This document shows positions 50,565 to 63,906 of a stretch of DNA of 64,000 nt, piece after piece; positions within the stretch are counted from its first letter, which is position 1, and each line of letters opens with the position of its first letter. A model generated the notes under the pieces. It ran no database searches and had not been told where the DNA came from. It saw nothing but the letters and a program-made list of their open reading frames with translations. Made by a program: the position numbers and the translations under genes. Location: the NCBI RefSeq assembly GCF_006345805.1, contig NC_043011.1, forward strand, positions 13,590,464 through 13,654,463, in the 5' to 3' direction. This stretch comes from Octopus sinensis (taxonomy: Eukaryota).

Positions 50565-51721
50565 ATTAAAAATTGTTTAGCACGTGTTGATATCACACTG
50601 AAAGTTTCTAACTGAATAAATTTCAAAGTTTGAATTACGCACGTGGTGGTCAGTGGTCATTCTGATTGGTGTATGTAATCGCGGTGATGGTCATGGAGGT
50701 TCATTTGTGCAGATTTTGGTGTGGTTTCTTTTTTAAAAACAATAATGAATAATGCAAGAATAAATATATTCTTGCATATATTTGAAAATATTCTTGAAAA
50801 TAATTTGCGTTTATTAATTTGATATATTTGATTTTTACATTCTAAATAATTTGCGTTTATTATTTGATATATTTGATTTTTACATTCTAAATTCATTTTT
50901 CGAAAACTTCATGTAAAAAATAAGAGAAATGCTATTGATATTTAAAATGTATGAATTTTTTTCTGAAAAATGTACACACGTACACATTTTATATCTATTA
51001 TATGTGTGTGTGTGTATCTATCTATCTATCTGTATGTATGTATATAATGTATAGTGGTTAAGAAAAAAGACCGATAGAATAAGTTCTGGGGTCGATTTGT
51101 GCGACTAAAGGCGGTAAAAATACATGTATATATTATATATATGTATGTATTAAATATATATATATATATGTATATATACATGTATATTATATATATGTGT
51201 GTATGTATGTATATATACATACATACATACATACAAGCTTTTACTTGCATTTCAGTGGTACGTAAATAAACGGCGTAAATAAACGAAAGACGACGTAAAT
51301 ACACGAAGTTGACGTCTGACGTCAGATTTCTCTACTTTCACTTCTGACACCCAAAGGCATGACAGTGCCAAAGGTTCAACTATGATGTGATTTTTACCCA
51401 TGAGAAAGGAGGCCATGACTGTGTAAAAATGCGGATTGCCATGAATTGTCATCGGCTGTTTAGCCCCGGGTCATGCCGGATCGTTCAAACCTATGTTCAA
51501 AGGCATTCCAACCGCGACCACTCCGTATTTTTAGGAGTAACTTGGCCAACTTTTATCTGATGTGCTCTCCTTTTTTTAAGACGCTGGGATGTTATTTGAA
51601 GGGAATTTATCTACCATTTCAAGCAGGTCGAATGACTCGTATTTTCTGGCATCCAAACTGAAGTAGTATATTGTGTAAACATGTAGCATGGTCACTATCT
51701 TTATAAATCCTGTTGCATTTT

Positions 51722-51825
51722 ACTCCTCCAAAGTTGTCTTGGTGTATAAGTCGACCTTTTTTTCTTCGGTTTTATTTTTGGAAATTCTGATCTGAAATAT
51801 TCGACTTATACACCGAAAAATGCGG
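51722..51825. mobile_element. Short pogo/Tigger-like TIR remnant
   Basis: GGTGTATAAGTCGA ... TCGACTTATACACCGAAAAATGCGG|TA inverted repeat; left end degenerate. Confidence 0.45.
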
Positions 51826-51942
51826 TACATAAGTCTCTCGTCTCCTGTTCAGTTGAGGTTGGAAGTGTCGTAACCAGTAAAATGCTATCTTCATCTTGCT
51901 ACACTAGTTTACTAGTCTTCCAGCTAAATATTCTATCTAAAA

Positions 51943-52270
51943 CAATGATTTCCAACCGGGGACCACATGACCTTTGCGGATCCATGACCCTCGGAGTCCA
52001 AACAAGATTTTGTTGCAAAAAGTTATTTGCAATAAATTGGTCATACTTCTGCAGTATAAATCCTTAAAATCCTTTAAAATGTTTCAGCCCGAAGGCTGCG
52101 GCCATGCTGGGGCAAAATATTTAAACAAAATATTTAAACAATTTTTGCATAATTCCTAATCATGAAAATAAAATAGGGTTTTTATGCTTTAAATGACCAT
52201 GAGGGTCCCCCACCCCGAGTAAAATAGGAATCAAGGGCGTCCAAAAGTAAAAAATGGTTGAGAACCTCTG
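51943..52270. mobile_element. hAT-type MITE
   Basis: Ends CAATGATTTCCAACC... and ...GGTTGAGAACCTCTG; perfect 8-bp TSD ATCTAAAA. Confidence 0.75.
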
Positions 52271-52931
52271 ATCTAAAATGTAAATTGAATATGAGCCTCT
52301 ATCAGAATAATTGTCTTTATGTTTGTTCATGTATTGACATCATAACTTCCAAGTTCTTTGTTATAAATCTCAGAGAACTTATCTGACCCCAGGTCAGTCA
52401 GTCAGTCGTGACTGACCAGACATGTGGTCAAAGGTGTTCAATCAGATGTGCCCATCACATCGTTTTAACACGCAGCGTGCATCCAGTATCACATTATGCA
52501 ATAATAATTACTTCATTTAAAAGAGTAGGAAGATTTGGTTGTTATTTCTTGTAGTTATAGCGACCAGATAGAGACTAGCACGTTGGTTTGTTGTTAGAGG
52601 TCTGCAGACAATGTGTGCTTTACAGATAATACGGCATTGGAAACAAAAGTGGGTGTTATTTGGACGACTTATATAGACAAATAAGTAGTGTTATACAAAC
52701 GTTGGGTTGTTGACAAATCTATGAATGCAGAACATTCTTTGCTATTATTAAAACGTTGACCTTCTTAACACACAAATGTCGAAGTTCAGCCGAAGAAACA
52801 GACGAAAACTGAGATGTGTGCCATTTTGCAGCGAGGAAATTCGTGTGTGTATTTGTGTTTGTGTGTGTGCTTGTGTGTGTGTGTGTGTTGTGTGTGTGTG
52901 TGCGCGTGTGTGCTTGTGTGTGTGTGTGTGT

Positions 52932-52978
<47 letters not shown>

Positions 52979-54384
52979 GTGTGTGTGTGTGTGTGTGTGT
53001 AAGTGTTCTAACATGAATATAAATGAGCCTACGCATATGGCAATAGTTCGAAATCTTAACGTTATTTCATGATTTCGTGTTCTCATGAGTGTGCGAGCAT
53101 ATATATGTGGTGTGAGAGTGTGTGTGTGTGTGTGCTTGTGTGCGTGTGGAGGGTGTATGTGAGAGAGAGAGTATGTCTGTGTGAGTATGTGTATGGTGTA
53201 TATTTATGTTGTTGCGTATATATGTATATATGTATGTGTAGGAGAGTTTTTGAAAATGAATGTTTCTTTATGTGTGTTCAGAGAATTTTGATTACCCTAA
53301 GCAAAATAAACAAATAAATACAGAAAGAAAGAAAGAAAAAAAGAAAGAAACAAACAAACAAACAAACAAAAAATATTCCTTTATGAATAAACATTTCTTT
53401 ATTCAAGCAATGATAAATCTCTGAACGAGATGTAAACAGTAACTGCTCGACAACGTAAAGTATACTAGCCATCTCAATATGGCTAACCACTAAGGGTGGG
53501 TGTTACTGTAGCTTTTAGCCCCAGGAGATCATCGTCTCCAGCTGGCTTTAGGCACACTTTCTGTGCCCTTAAGGTATTTGCAAAGGGTGGTCATCCCTCT
53601 CTCGTCAACCTAAGTGATACGCACGGACTGCATTTCTTTATTGGTTCAGGGTTTTGTGTCGCATGCAGTTTAATTTTTTAAGGCAGATATTACACATTTA
53701 TTTTAGATACAAAGAAAGATTTACATTTGTTTTAAAAAGTAACTTGAATTGATTTCCTATCACACTTTGTCCTCGACATGTTTCTCTTATGAGCCTAGCC
53801 GTCTTCAACAAGCAAACTGTGGCTCCTATCGACTTGATAATGCTTTATTATGTTAGCAAAATGTCTTCTTGAAACCGTTCACTTACTTCGTTATTAGTCT
53901 CATCCATTTTTTCTGTAAAGAAAAAAATTCAAGTGAGAGTCCTAGAAATTGAACTTTAATAACATATTTCACCTCCATTTCTTGTTTAGATTTCAGAAGA
54001 TCTATTTACAGCCTTATAATTTTTCAACATGTTTGCATAGGCATTTACAAAGCTTTGTTCTGCAACCTTTTCTCTCCTTTAAATTTCTTTTCTCTTACTA
54101 ATTCTCTGTTGTGAGGGGCTAAAAAATATTTTCCTTAGCCTTGGCATCACTGATCCAGGATAACTGTTGTTATTTGAATCTAGTTTGCACTTTTAACTAT
54201 CGTTTTCCGTAAGTCCAAGCTTGATATGCAAAAGTAAAGAAAACGCTTTCTCCAGGTCAGCAAGTGAATCGCTCGAAACATTTTCTTACCCAACACAAGT
54301 GTTATACATTTTCACGAAATCTTCCGAATGTAAAGGCATCGCCTCTCCTTAGCATCGTTCTACTCACACGAAAAGCAACAATAC

Positions 54385-54655
54385 TTGGTCACTGCGGGGT
54401 CACTCCGAAAAGCTCTATCTGCGACGATTTCATCTCAATCGAAGGAGAGGAGCTTTCTCCGTCCGGGTTGCGGATCCGTGGAATAAGCTGCCGGACGAGA
54501 TAGTGAAGATGCCGGCGACCGCTCAGTTCAAAGTCTCTCTTGACCATAAATGGCCTGAACTCTTGCATGAACACCCTCCCTGTACATAACTCCATGTCCC
54601 CCTACATGGCCTTGCTTTTGCTTTTTGAGCCAAAAAATTAACTTAACTTAACTAT
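54385..54655 (+). mobile_element. CR1-type LINE 3' end
   Basis: 54392-54589 encodes LRGHSEKLYLRRFHLNRRRGAFSVRVADPWNKLPDEIVKMPATAQFKVSLD; followed by a (TTAAC)n tail. Confidence 0.75.
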
Positions 54656-56440
54656 AGCCTATCAGCAACCTTAGTTAATAATGCTATCGCCTTCAGATCT
54701 CTAGAGATATTTTACTTATGTTTCTAATCCTGAACTGTTCCTAAAAACAACTTCGTTGTTGTAAGACATTTTCATGTTTGCAGCATGTGAAGTAAGTAAC
54801 ATAAGAGAACTTATGAAGAAAGACTGCTTCCATGCTGGCTTTTAAGGAATCAAGAAAATGTCCATGTTATGCTCCTGACCAAATGTTTCCCTTGGCCGAT
54901 TGGGAGAACCATTCTTTGAATACATCATGGTGAATGCCAGAAATGCAAACTTTGGTATCACTTTGCAGTAGATTTTAACCTTGATCATCCAAATCTCATT
55001 ATGAAAGTAAATATGCTTACTGGAAAAGCAAATAGCCTGGAATGTCGGATTAGAAATGCAAACTTGTTCTTTGTGATACGCTCCTGGGTCATTTGATTTC
55101 TAATCAATTAAATTAACATGGTCTGCAAAATATTGTTGAGCACTATGAGGAACTAGTCTCATTATTAAGACATTTAATTTATTTCCTTGTTTTTGAAGTG
55201 GCCCTCTTGAACTCATTTGGTAGAAATTACAGTCCTTGTGAGATTTGTGCTCTTTTGGGTTCCTTCCAAATTATTGGTCTAGCAAAATGTATGTGATATG
55301 AACCGTTTAGCCATCTCGTAATAGTACACATATCACTCAATAAATATAAATATATATAATTAAGAGAAATAACCTCTATTAAGTAATTCAATAGGGAAAG
55401 ACATTATCTATATTATATAGAAAAAAATTAAATATACTATTATAAATATTATTTTAAAAATCACTAAATTAAATAAACATTAAATTGACTACGCTCGTTT
55501 CGTAACTATATCTTTAAATCGATAATAATAAAATCGATGCTATTAAAATTAATTCGATTTAAAAATATAGCCACTCTTCAGGTCTAAAATAATAATAAAA
55601 TTAATGTATCTTAACCTATAATAATTAGCAAATAAATATAGAAATATATGTATCTTAACAATAAATAATCGAATAAAACATAACAATATTAATGAAAAAT
55701 AAAATCATAACTTATCTTATTGAAGAATTCCAGTGCCCCACAAACACTACTTGGCAACATGTGTTAGTTCGTTTACATCCTCGTAACTTAGCGGTGCTGC
55801 AAAAGAGAGAGTACCAGGCTTTAAAAAACTCCTATGGTTGATTTGTTCGTCTAAAATCCTTCAAGGCGGTGTCCCAGTATAGCTGCAGTCAAATAGCTGA
55901 AAGTAGTAAAAAGATTCAGCAAATAAGTGTATGCTTAGAACACCCATCAAAACACTTGTGAACAATTGTCGTTACCCTGTGTTATTAGGTTTATCTGCCA
56001 TCACTGGTTTTACCAGAGACGTCGCAAAGAGTAAATAACTGTTCAGGCATTGGATGGCTCTGCTTTCTTTTGAGTAAGTATACTTTGTCTTTTTGTGAGA
56101 TTCATAATTGATCTTTATTTCCAATATGCGATATCTAACTGAATTTGTAAAATGGTAGGAAGCGAAAGCTTGGGACTACCTTAAATCTAAAATCTCTGTT
56201 ATGTAACTCAACATCCAAGCTAACTTCTGTGGAATGTCTGATAAAATTCCGGATAAAGTGTTTAAAATCTTGAGCTTCTTGTTTAAATTCGTATTAATGT
56301 CAATGTTTATTACACAGAAAAAAATTCACCTTAATATGAACTCACCATTATAATAGTGGTCCTGTCAGAAATAAAATGTTTTGTCAAGACTGATGATTTC
56401 GATTCTCTATTACAGATTCCTTGAACTTGAAATATTCAAG

Positions 56441-57553
56441 ATGGTAACTGATTCTACTGAGAATATCACTCGAGAGATTTGCACCCAAGGGGTCGGCATT
56501 CAAGAAGCATGTACCCAAGAAAGCAACTACTGGGCATTTATGATAGAATATCCGTTAATGCAGCAATCATCACACACTGGGGCCTGGGTTAGGCTGTTCG
56601 AGTTATCAGTGGTATTAACATTTGGATTGATCGGCAATATTTTAGTGTTCATTGTCATGCAGAGACCAGCTTTACGTAAACAGTCGTTCAGCCGCTACCT
56701 TAGTCTACTGGCGATATGTGATTCGTTATCTCTGATCATCCGGGCTCTATTCTGGATCAATTTATTGTCCACCATTTTAAAAAGTGAAATCATTATAACA
56801 TTCCGTACAGACTTCTTGTGTGGTTTCAGCGAATATTTCATGACTGCAAACCATGTGATATGTTCTTGGTTATTGGTGTGCATCACATGTGAACGTATCA
56901 TCGTCACAGCATTTCCATTTAGTGCCGCACAATTCTGTACCCCCAAAATTGCGAATACTGTTTTGGTGGCCCTGGTAATGAGTGTTTGCATAGGTCTCTC
57001 TTATGTGTTCTACTTCAGCCAGTTCGCCTGTAACGTATGTGGCATGGCTAGACAAGCTCAGAATGTTCATTACACCATAGCTACAACGTGTGTCACTGTG
57101 GCTCCGTTAGTTATAATAATTATTTCTAATATAGGGATTATATTTGCCCTTCGCTGTCAATCAGATATTGTTTCTCATCGTCAACAACTGAACAACCGCA
57201 ACCGAATCACCAAAATGTTACTCGTTTTATCAATTTCCTTTGTAATTCTGTTCTTGCCAAACGCCATGCTTGTCCTCCTGATGCAACTCCGACCAGACTG
57301 GCAAACATCTTTGAGTGTAGCTCTGGGACCTGTCAATATGCTATGGGACATCAACTATGGTATTAACTTTTATCTTTATGCTATCACTGGTAAAGTTGTT
57401 AGGAAGGAAGTGAAAACAGTTTTCCGTTGGATGAAAGTTAAATTTCCAACAAACAGACGATCATCCAGGCTGCCGAGTATCAGTAGCGGCGGCGTTTCGA
57501 CTGGGATGGCCGCCAGTCAGACTCTAAGTTCTATTTACCGAGCAGTTCAATAG
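56441..57553 (+). CDS. Intronless class A (rhodopsin-like) 7TM GPCR, FMRFamide/peptide-receptor-like orphan, 370 aa
   Basis: Seven hydrophobic segments; TM1 GLIGN, TM2 LAICD, TM3 CERI, TM6 LFLPNA, TM7 INFYLY; N-glycosylation site NIT. A splice acceptor TTCTCTATTACAG at 56415 precedes the ATG. Confidence 0.9.
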   Translation: MVTDSTENITREICTQGVGIQEACTQESNYWAFMIEYPLMQQSSHTGAWVRLFELSVVLTFGLIGNILVFIVMQRPALRKQSFSRYLSLLAICDSLSLIIRALFWINLLSTILKSEIIITFRTDFLCGFSEYFMTANHVICSWLLVCITCERIIVTAFPFSAAQFCTPKIANTVLVALVMSVCIGLSYVFYFSQFACNVCGMARQAQNVHYTIATTCVTVAPLVIIIISNIGIIFALRCQSDIVSHRQQLNNRNRITKMLLVLSISFVILFLPNAMLVLLMQLRPDWQTSLSVALGPVNMLWDINYGINFYLYAITGKVVRKEVKTVFRWMKVKFPTNRRSSRLPSISSGGVSTGMAASQTLSSIYRAVQ

Positions 57554-58002
57554 AAAATATAGATTCTACTCTTACCCACAGTGGAACATTAAATCAGAAG
57601 TACTAGTAGATCTCTTGCTTTTATTGTTTTCACTCATTACTGTTTGTAATTATAAGCCCATTAATTAATTCGAGAAAATAAATAAAAATAAAAATAAACC
57701 TTTATCGCTGGTTATTTTGATATCGTGTTTCTCACTCTTTCAATGAAGGGTTCCTCTTTAATATTTGCAAAACTAGGATGTCTGCTTTTCTCAAACAACT
57801 TAAACAGTGTCTCCCCAAATAAATACAATGGTAAACACATTGACAATTTATTGCCAACCATTTCATTCAGCCAGGCATTAAATCACATTAATTAATAATC
57901 GATACATCTCATCATTTAATCATATACCACATTCCTTCTGTTCAATACAAAATCAGAGCTACTTGCCTATTCCCCAGTATGTATGTATGTAAATATATAT
58001 AT

Positions 58003-58150
58003 GGCATTAGGAAGGGCATCCAGCTGTAGAAACTCTGCCAAATCAAGATTGGAGCCTGGTGCAACCATCTGGTTCGCCAGCACTCAGTCAAAATCGTCCA
58101 ACCCATACTAGCATGGAAAGCAGACGTTAAACGATGATGATGATGATTAT
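58003..58150 (+). mobile_element. Short retroelement 3' tail ending in (GAT)n (RTE-like)
   Basis: TGGCATTAGGAAGGGCATCCAGCTGTAGAAAC...CAGACGTTAAACGATGATGAT; family recognised from memory. Confidence 0.5.
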
Positions 58151-58154
58151 TATG

Positions 58155-58237
<83 letters not shown>

Positions 58238-58239
58238 AT

Positions 58240-58290
<51 letters not shown>

Positions 58291-58599
58291 TTAGCAGTAT
58301 TAATGTACCAAAAGGTAATTTCTATATCCAATTAAACATGGATGTCTTGTTCGAACATCAAACACTGCGTTATGAACGATTGGTGCAAAAAGGCACACAT
58401 ATAGATCGTAGCAGGTGATATTCGTCTGTCGCGGACGCTAGATTTCTTTCCATATCACGTGATTTTGTTCTATTGGCACTCATAAGTGGAAGCAACGGGA
58501 GACCGCATGACAGTCAAATATCGCTGCTACGATATGTTGAATTTCAGCATCTTTTCAGATGCTGATGTTGCGAATAGCTAGCTTATTTGCTTCATGCAC

Positions 58600-59075
58600 T
58601 TGCTTGATGAGGATGGGGTAATCCCAGGTTAATGGTCCCTGAGACTTCATCATGCGTAGATGCGATCAGGTCCACCAGTGCTCGCCATCGCTAACGGTCC
58701 CGTGTCAACCCCTCCGCATTCTCCAAGATAAGTCGAGCTTCTGGAGATACTCCCCAATCACACCCAGCTATTTGGTGCGGGACCTACCACCAGGTCCCTT
58801 CCAGCCTGCAACTGCTGCGTCAACTGAGAATAAAGCCCTAGTAGGATGATCTGGCGAGAGATGGAGGATATATCCGTACCAGAGCATGTGACAGACAGGT
58901 ATGAGGTGGGATGCTGCGCGCTGATGCGGGTGCGCAGTAGTTGTTCGTTGGAAATGTAATGGTACCATCTGACGTTCTCGATGGTTCACAGGGCTCTGTT
59001 ATCCAAGCCGTCATCCTCTTTGCAAGGGTCTTCGAGAGGGGCCACGTTTCTGCTCCAGAGAAGCTTATCAAAACT
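58600..59075 (-). mobile_element. RTE-type LINE 3' fragment
   Basis: GAETWPLSKTL...LWYGYILHLSPDHPTRALF...GWKGPGGRSRTK, frameshifted. Confidence 0.7.
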
Positions 59076-59398
59076 TAATTATTAGCGACGGAAGCAATAT
59101 TAACACGAGTGAGTGAATAAACGAAAAACAAAGGCACACAACACATTTAGTAGGAGTTACACATATTATTAGTTAAAACAGTTTGATTCGGCTCCATGTG
59201 ATTTAATGTTTCGCAGGCTTCTTACAAAACCCTAGCTTGTTCAGGCAAAGATTACCGAACGGAGAGGTCCAAGATCGCTACTTAAAAAATGGGCTGCGAC
59301 TGGTCAAACCGGATTATTTGGTCCTGTTAGAAGATTGTATTTGCTTGACAACCGGTGTTGGTGCATTTACACCCCCGCTACTTAGCACTTCGACAAAA

Positions 59399-59795
59399 GA
59401 CCTATTTCTTTACAACCCATGAGGGGCCAAATACAGAGAGGACAAACAACGACAGACAAACGGATTAAGTCGATTATATGGTACTTATTTAATCGACCCC
59501 GAAAGGATGAAAAGCAAAGTCGACCTCGGCGGAATTTGAACTCAGAACGTAGCGGCAGACGAAATACCTATTTCTTTACTACCCACAAGGGGCTAAACAC
59601 AGAGGGGGAAAACAAGGACAGACAAACGGATTAAGTCGATTACATCGACTCCAGTGCGTAACTGGTACTTATTTAATCGACCCCGAAAGGATGAAAGGCA
59701 AAGTCGACCTCGGCAGAATTTGAACTCAGAACGTAACGGCAGACGAAATACCGCTAAGTAGTTCGCCCGGCGTGCTAACCACTCTGCCAGCTCGC
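59399..59795 (-). mobile_element. SINE family 2, dimer
   Basis: Same unit junction near 59570. Confidence 0.85.
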
Positions 59796-60304
59796 TGGCA
59801 GAGTGTAGTTCGCCAGGCGTGCTACCAATAGACTTTAAGAAAGTACTGGGGTCGATTCGTTCGACTAAAATTCAAGAGAATGACCCGGCATGACCACAAT
59901 CTGATGATTGAAGCACGTAAAAGATAAAAGATATATGTAAATATACATCTATAATTCCTGTATATGTATGCACAATATTGAAAGGCCTTTTGATTCCCTC
60001 TTTGACAGGTTTTGTTTTTCATTGATGGTGACAATTCCGTAAACAGCCTGTAGCCTTGTGTGGATGCAGGACAGCCTCCACCCCTCCATCATCAAGAACC
60101 TTTGCTTTTGCTTGGAGCCCTTTATTTGCTTGTAATGAAGAACCACAAAAGGATTACTACAGGGAAAGTGAAAGTGTTACGCTTCGAACATTTGCAATTT
60201 GAACGAATTATGGAGTTAATAAAAAAAAAATGACGCCCAATTTTACATTTTATTTTTCAGTACAAAACCGTCACATGGGACATCAAATTTCAAATTTCAG
60301 CGGG

Positions 60305-60625
60305 GAAAGAGAATAAGTCGATTACATCTACCCCAGTGCGTAACTGGTACTTATTTTATCAACACCGAATGATGAAAGGCAAAGTCAACCTCGGCGGAAT
60401 TTGAACTCAGAACGTAAAGACGGGCGAAAAGCCGCTAAGCATCTTACCTAGGGTGCTGACGATTCTGCCAGATCACCGACTTGACCACACATTTCATATT
60501 AACACAAGGGCAACGAGCTGGCAGAATCGTTACCGCGCCGGGCAAAATGTAAGCGGTATTTCGTCCGTCTTTACGTTCTGAGTACAAATTCCGCCGGGGT
60601 TGACTTTGCCTTTCATCCTTTAGAT
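60305..60625. mobile_element. Two SINE family 2 copies head-to-head (minus ~60305-60482, plus ~60508-60625)
   Basis: Core and B-box in both orientations. Confidence 0.7.
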
Positions 60626-61095
60626 TATACTTGAGACTATGTTTATTCCAATAAACTTAGACGACGTTACTCGATTTACGCTATACAGCCGGTATTTTGC
60701 CATTATTTGAGATGAATTGCCTAATTTTATTAACTAATACTGTCTTAGTTGTGAACTTAACACCATACTTCTGCTGGTCACTGGAATGGTTGCTAGAAGG
60801 TCTAATATGGTAGCATACTCTCGGTGTCAAGTTAGAAACTCCAGTGTTTCTATGACTGCTGAAATATCGCCCTTATCACGAAGTAGAATCCTTTGTGACC
60901 TTGTAACCATAGGTTACAAGTGTTGGTTTTGGTTCAGCGTATATTCTAGGGGATGGAGCGACGTATGTTTCAAGAAAACATGTTTCTGCATTTAAAAAGT
61001 TTGTTGCCAAAACACACGCCAGGGTAAAATTTTTTAAAGAAGAACAGCACTTTGCCATGCTGGCAATCTCCCCTCTCTGCGACATCGATATTCTT

Positions 61096-61330
61096 AAGGC
61101 AACGAGCTGGCAGAAATGTTAGCACGCCGGGCGAAATGCGTAGCCGTATTTCGTCTGCCGTTACGTTCTGAGTTCAAATTCCGCCGAGGTCGACTTTGCC
61201 TTTCATCCTTTTGGGGTCGATAAATTAAGTACCAGTTACGCACAGGGGTCGATGTAATCGACTCAATCCCTTTGTCTGTCGTTGTTTGTCCCCTCTGTGT
61301 GTAGCCCCTTGTGGGTAGTAAAGAAATAGA
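61096..61330 (+). mobile_element. SINE family 2 monomer
   Basis: Full head, core and tail. Confidence 0.85.
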
Positions 61331-62327
61331 TATTCTTAAATGGAAAGACAAGTGTCGAAACGGCTTGGTATCTGTATCATCATGGGTGTTGCTGTCAGAG
61401 AGCAAAGAGCCGAACGCAAATACCATATGACCTAAACTGTCAACCTATACTAAAAAAACACTAGGGACCGATTTGAAAAAAAATCTCACACGTTGAACTA
61501 AAACTGTTACTATCCTATCACTATGAAATATTGCCGTGTAGTGTTAAATAGCGACTATATTTCAAAATCTTCATTTTAACTGGAAATTCTAGGGGTTGCA
61601 AAATCACTCAGTAACAAGAACTGTTTCTCCGACCGTCTTCTGCTTAATTTCTGTCGACTGAACCTTACTCACGCCGGCCGTAGCCGAACTAATATTACTT
61701 GAATCGGGTGTAACTATTCAAAATAATAAATGCGACCCCTTTGCAAAACACACGAATCTATCAAACATAAATTCAAACAAAGAACTTTCAGATAAAGAAC
61801 ACAAACGAAAACTGTGTTCAAAAAGTGTTTATAACGATGACTGCTGACTAATGGGACAGTCATAAAATTGAAATTACTCATAAAGCAAACCATAAAGTTT
61901 ATAATTAGAACGAGTAATCACAAGCTCATTAGATTTTATCGTTGTAACTACTATATGTAGGTGTGTGTGTTTAGATTATCTAGTAAGTATTGTATTAGTA
62001 ATATTCTTAAGAAACAATTAATTCTTATATGACACTTATGAACTAGAGTATGTGCACGATCTTTTATTTTCGCTATATTCAACGTTTGATTGCTAAGTAC
62101 GAGAACAATTAATAAACAATGACACAGAAAACATTTATAGACTTCATAAACGAATAATGGCAATAATGACGCATCATAAAATGCTAACATTAAAACAAAA
62201 AAAAAAACAAGATCAGAAACCAAATGTTTTAATGACTTGTATTCAATAGCCCAATAAATAAATTTGAAAAATCTGAATTATTTCAATGGCTGTTTCAAAA
62301 TCTCAGAAAATATTAAGTAATCAGATT

Positions 62328-62544
62328 AAGGCGGCGAGCTGGGAGAATCGTTAACACGCCGGGCAAAATATTTAGCGGCATTTCGTCTGTCTTCACGTAT
62401 TGTGTTCAAATTCCACAGGGGTCGATTTTATATTTCGGGGCCGATAAAATAAATACCAGTTGAGTCCTGGGGTCGATGTAATTTATTTACCCTTTCCCCG
62501 AAATAGGTAGCCTAGTGCCAAAATTTGAAATCAATATTAATTCA
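62328..62544 (+). mobile_element. SINE family 2 monomer abutting a MITE
   Basis: Head, degenerate core and alternative tail. Confidence 0.7.
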
Positions 62545-62951
62545 GGATCTTTTCGGTTTTTTAAAATAATTTCCACGTAACTAAACACTTTTAAACTTTG
62601 TATACTGGTAGAATGTGTTTATAAAACATCTTTTTCTCTTGGCTTTATTGGGAAAATTCTACAGTTTGTAAGATATTTGTTGGCTTTTTTTCTTTAATTT
62701 CTGCAATTTCAACCAATCAGTGACGTCTATTGAGTTAAAAAGCATTCTGTGCCGTATGAATATGTCCCTCGTTTAAGAAACAGATTGGGTTTATTTACAT
62801 TTGTGAAGAAAAAAGATACCCTTCCCCCCACCCCTAACCCTAACCCTAAAACAGATTGAAATGCTATAGATCGATACTAGGGTCATAATTATGGGTGACA
62901 ATTTCATATGACACCACTAAGAAAAAACTGCCGGTCAAACCGAAAAGATCC
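62545..62951 (-). mobile_element. TTAGGG MITE copy, reverse orientation, small deletion in one TIR
   Basis: Perfect 8-bp TSD TTAATTCA at 62537-62544 and 62952-62959. Confidence 0.9.
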
Positions 62952-63601
62952 TTAATTCATTCAAAACCAAAAAAATTATTTCTAAGATACCTTATAATAC
63001 ACCTCACAAGTCACTAAGTATGATTTCTACTCCTTCAAGACAAGCGAAGCTCTTTGTTGGCAACATTTTACTGCCATATTTCAGTTCTAACTGCCAAATT
63101 TAGTGAAGCCGTGCCAAACAAAATAACAAGCTGGCGACGGGAGATCAGGAAACTATGTTTGTGAATATAACGCAGTCGGAAGCTGAAGTAAATTTCATGC
63201 TCAGAAATTGGTGAATATATTTCGAGTTATATTTCACATCAGGATTATTGTTTTATATAGAGGAATATAATTTTGGTATAGCAGCCTGATGCTCTTAAAC
63301 TTTATATCACTATGCTCGGGGTGTACAGCGAGAAAGTACTTGCATTGCTTCACATATGTTTCCTCTCTGGTGACGAAGACGAAGTCTATTTATAAATCTA
63401 TTATTGTACTGGAATTGGTATTCAAACAGAATCCTCACCCTAAGGCAAATATTTGTCGTTTGTAAGACATTATCTCCGTTAATTTCAAGTTTCAGAAAGT
63501 GACTGTCACATTTCAGTAACGAACAGCTTCAGAATAGCTAAACTAAGATTCGAAACCGAATCCACATATTCCAACATTGTCAAACAAATCTTCAACCCTT
63601 T

Positions 63602-63906
63602 CGTCGCCCTTTTCAAGGGCTAGCCAGGCTCATGGGCCCGGTTTCCCGGTTTCTGTGGCGGCTGTGTTCCCCCCAACTGGACGGGACGCCAGTCCATCGC
63701 AGCGTTTCTCAAGAAACAGGAAGAGAGAGTGAGAGAAAGTTGTGGCGAAAGAGTACAACAGGGGTCACTACCACCCCCTGCCGGAGCCTCGTGGAGATTT
63801 TAGATGTTTTCGCTCAATAAACAAACACAACGCCCGGTCTGGGAATCGAAACCGCGATCCTCCGACCACGAGTCCGCTGCCCTAACCACTGGGCCATTGC
63901 GCCTCC
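63602..63906 (-). mobile_element. SINE family 3
   Basis: Same head; ~14-bp TSD ATCTTYAACCCTTT. Confidence 0.85.

Larger units (their letters stand above)
46916..51369 (-). mobile_element. Merlin-superfamily DNA transposon, internally duplicated (tandem dimer), ~580-bp TIRs, 8-bp TSD
   Basis: Ends GGCACTGTCATGCC... and ...GGCATGACAGTGCC; AAAGGTTC duplicated at 46908-46915 and 51370-51377. Arms 46916-~47495 and ~50794-51369 are inverted. Confidence 0.93.

Noticed and set aside
56381-56440. TTG start for the GPCR
   Set aside because: A splice acceptor at 56415 and an in-frame ATG at 56441 explain the region better.
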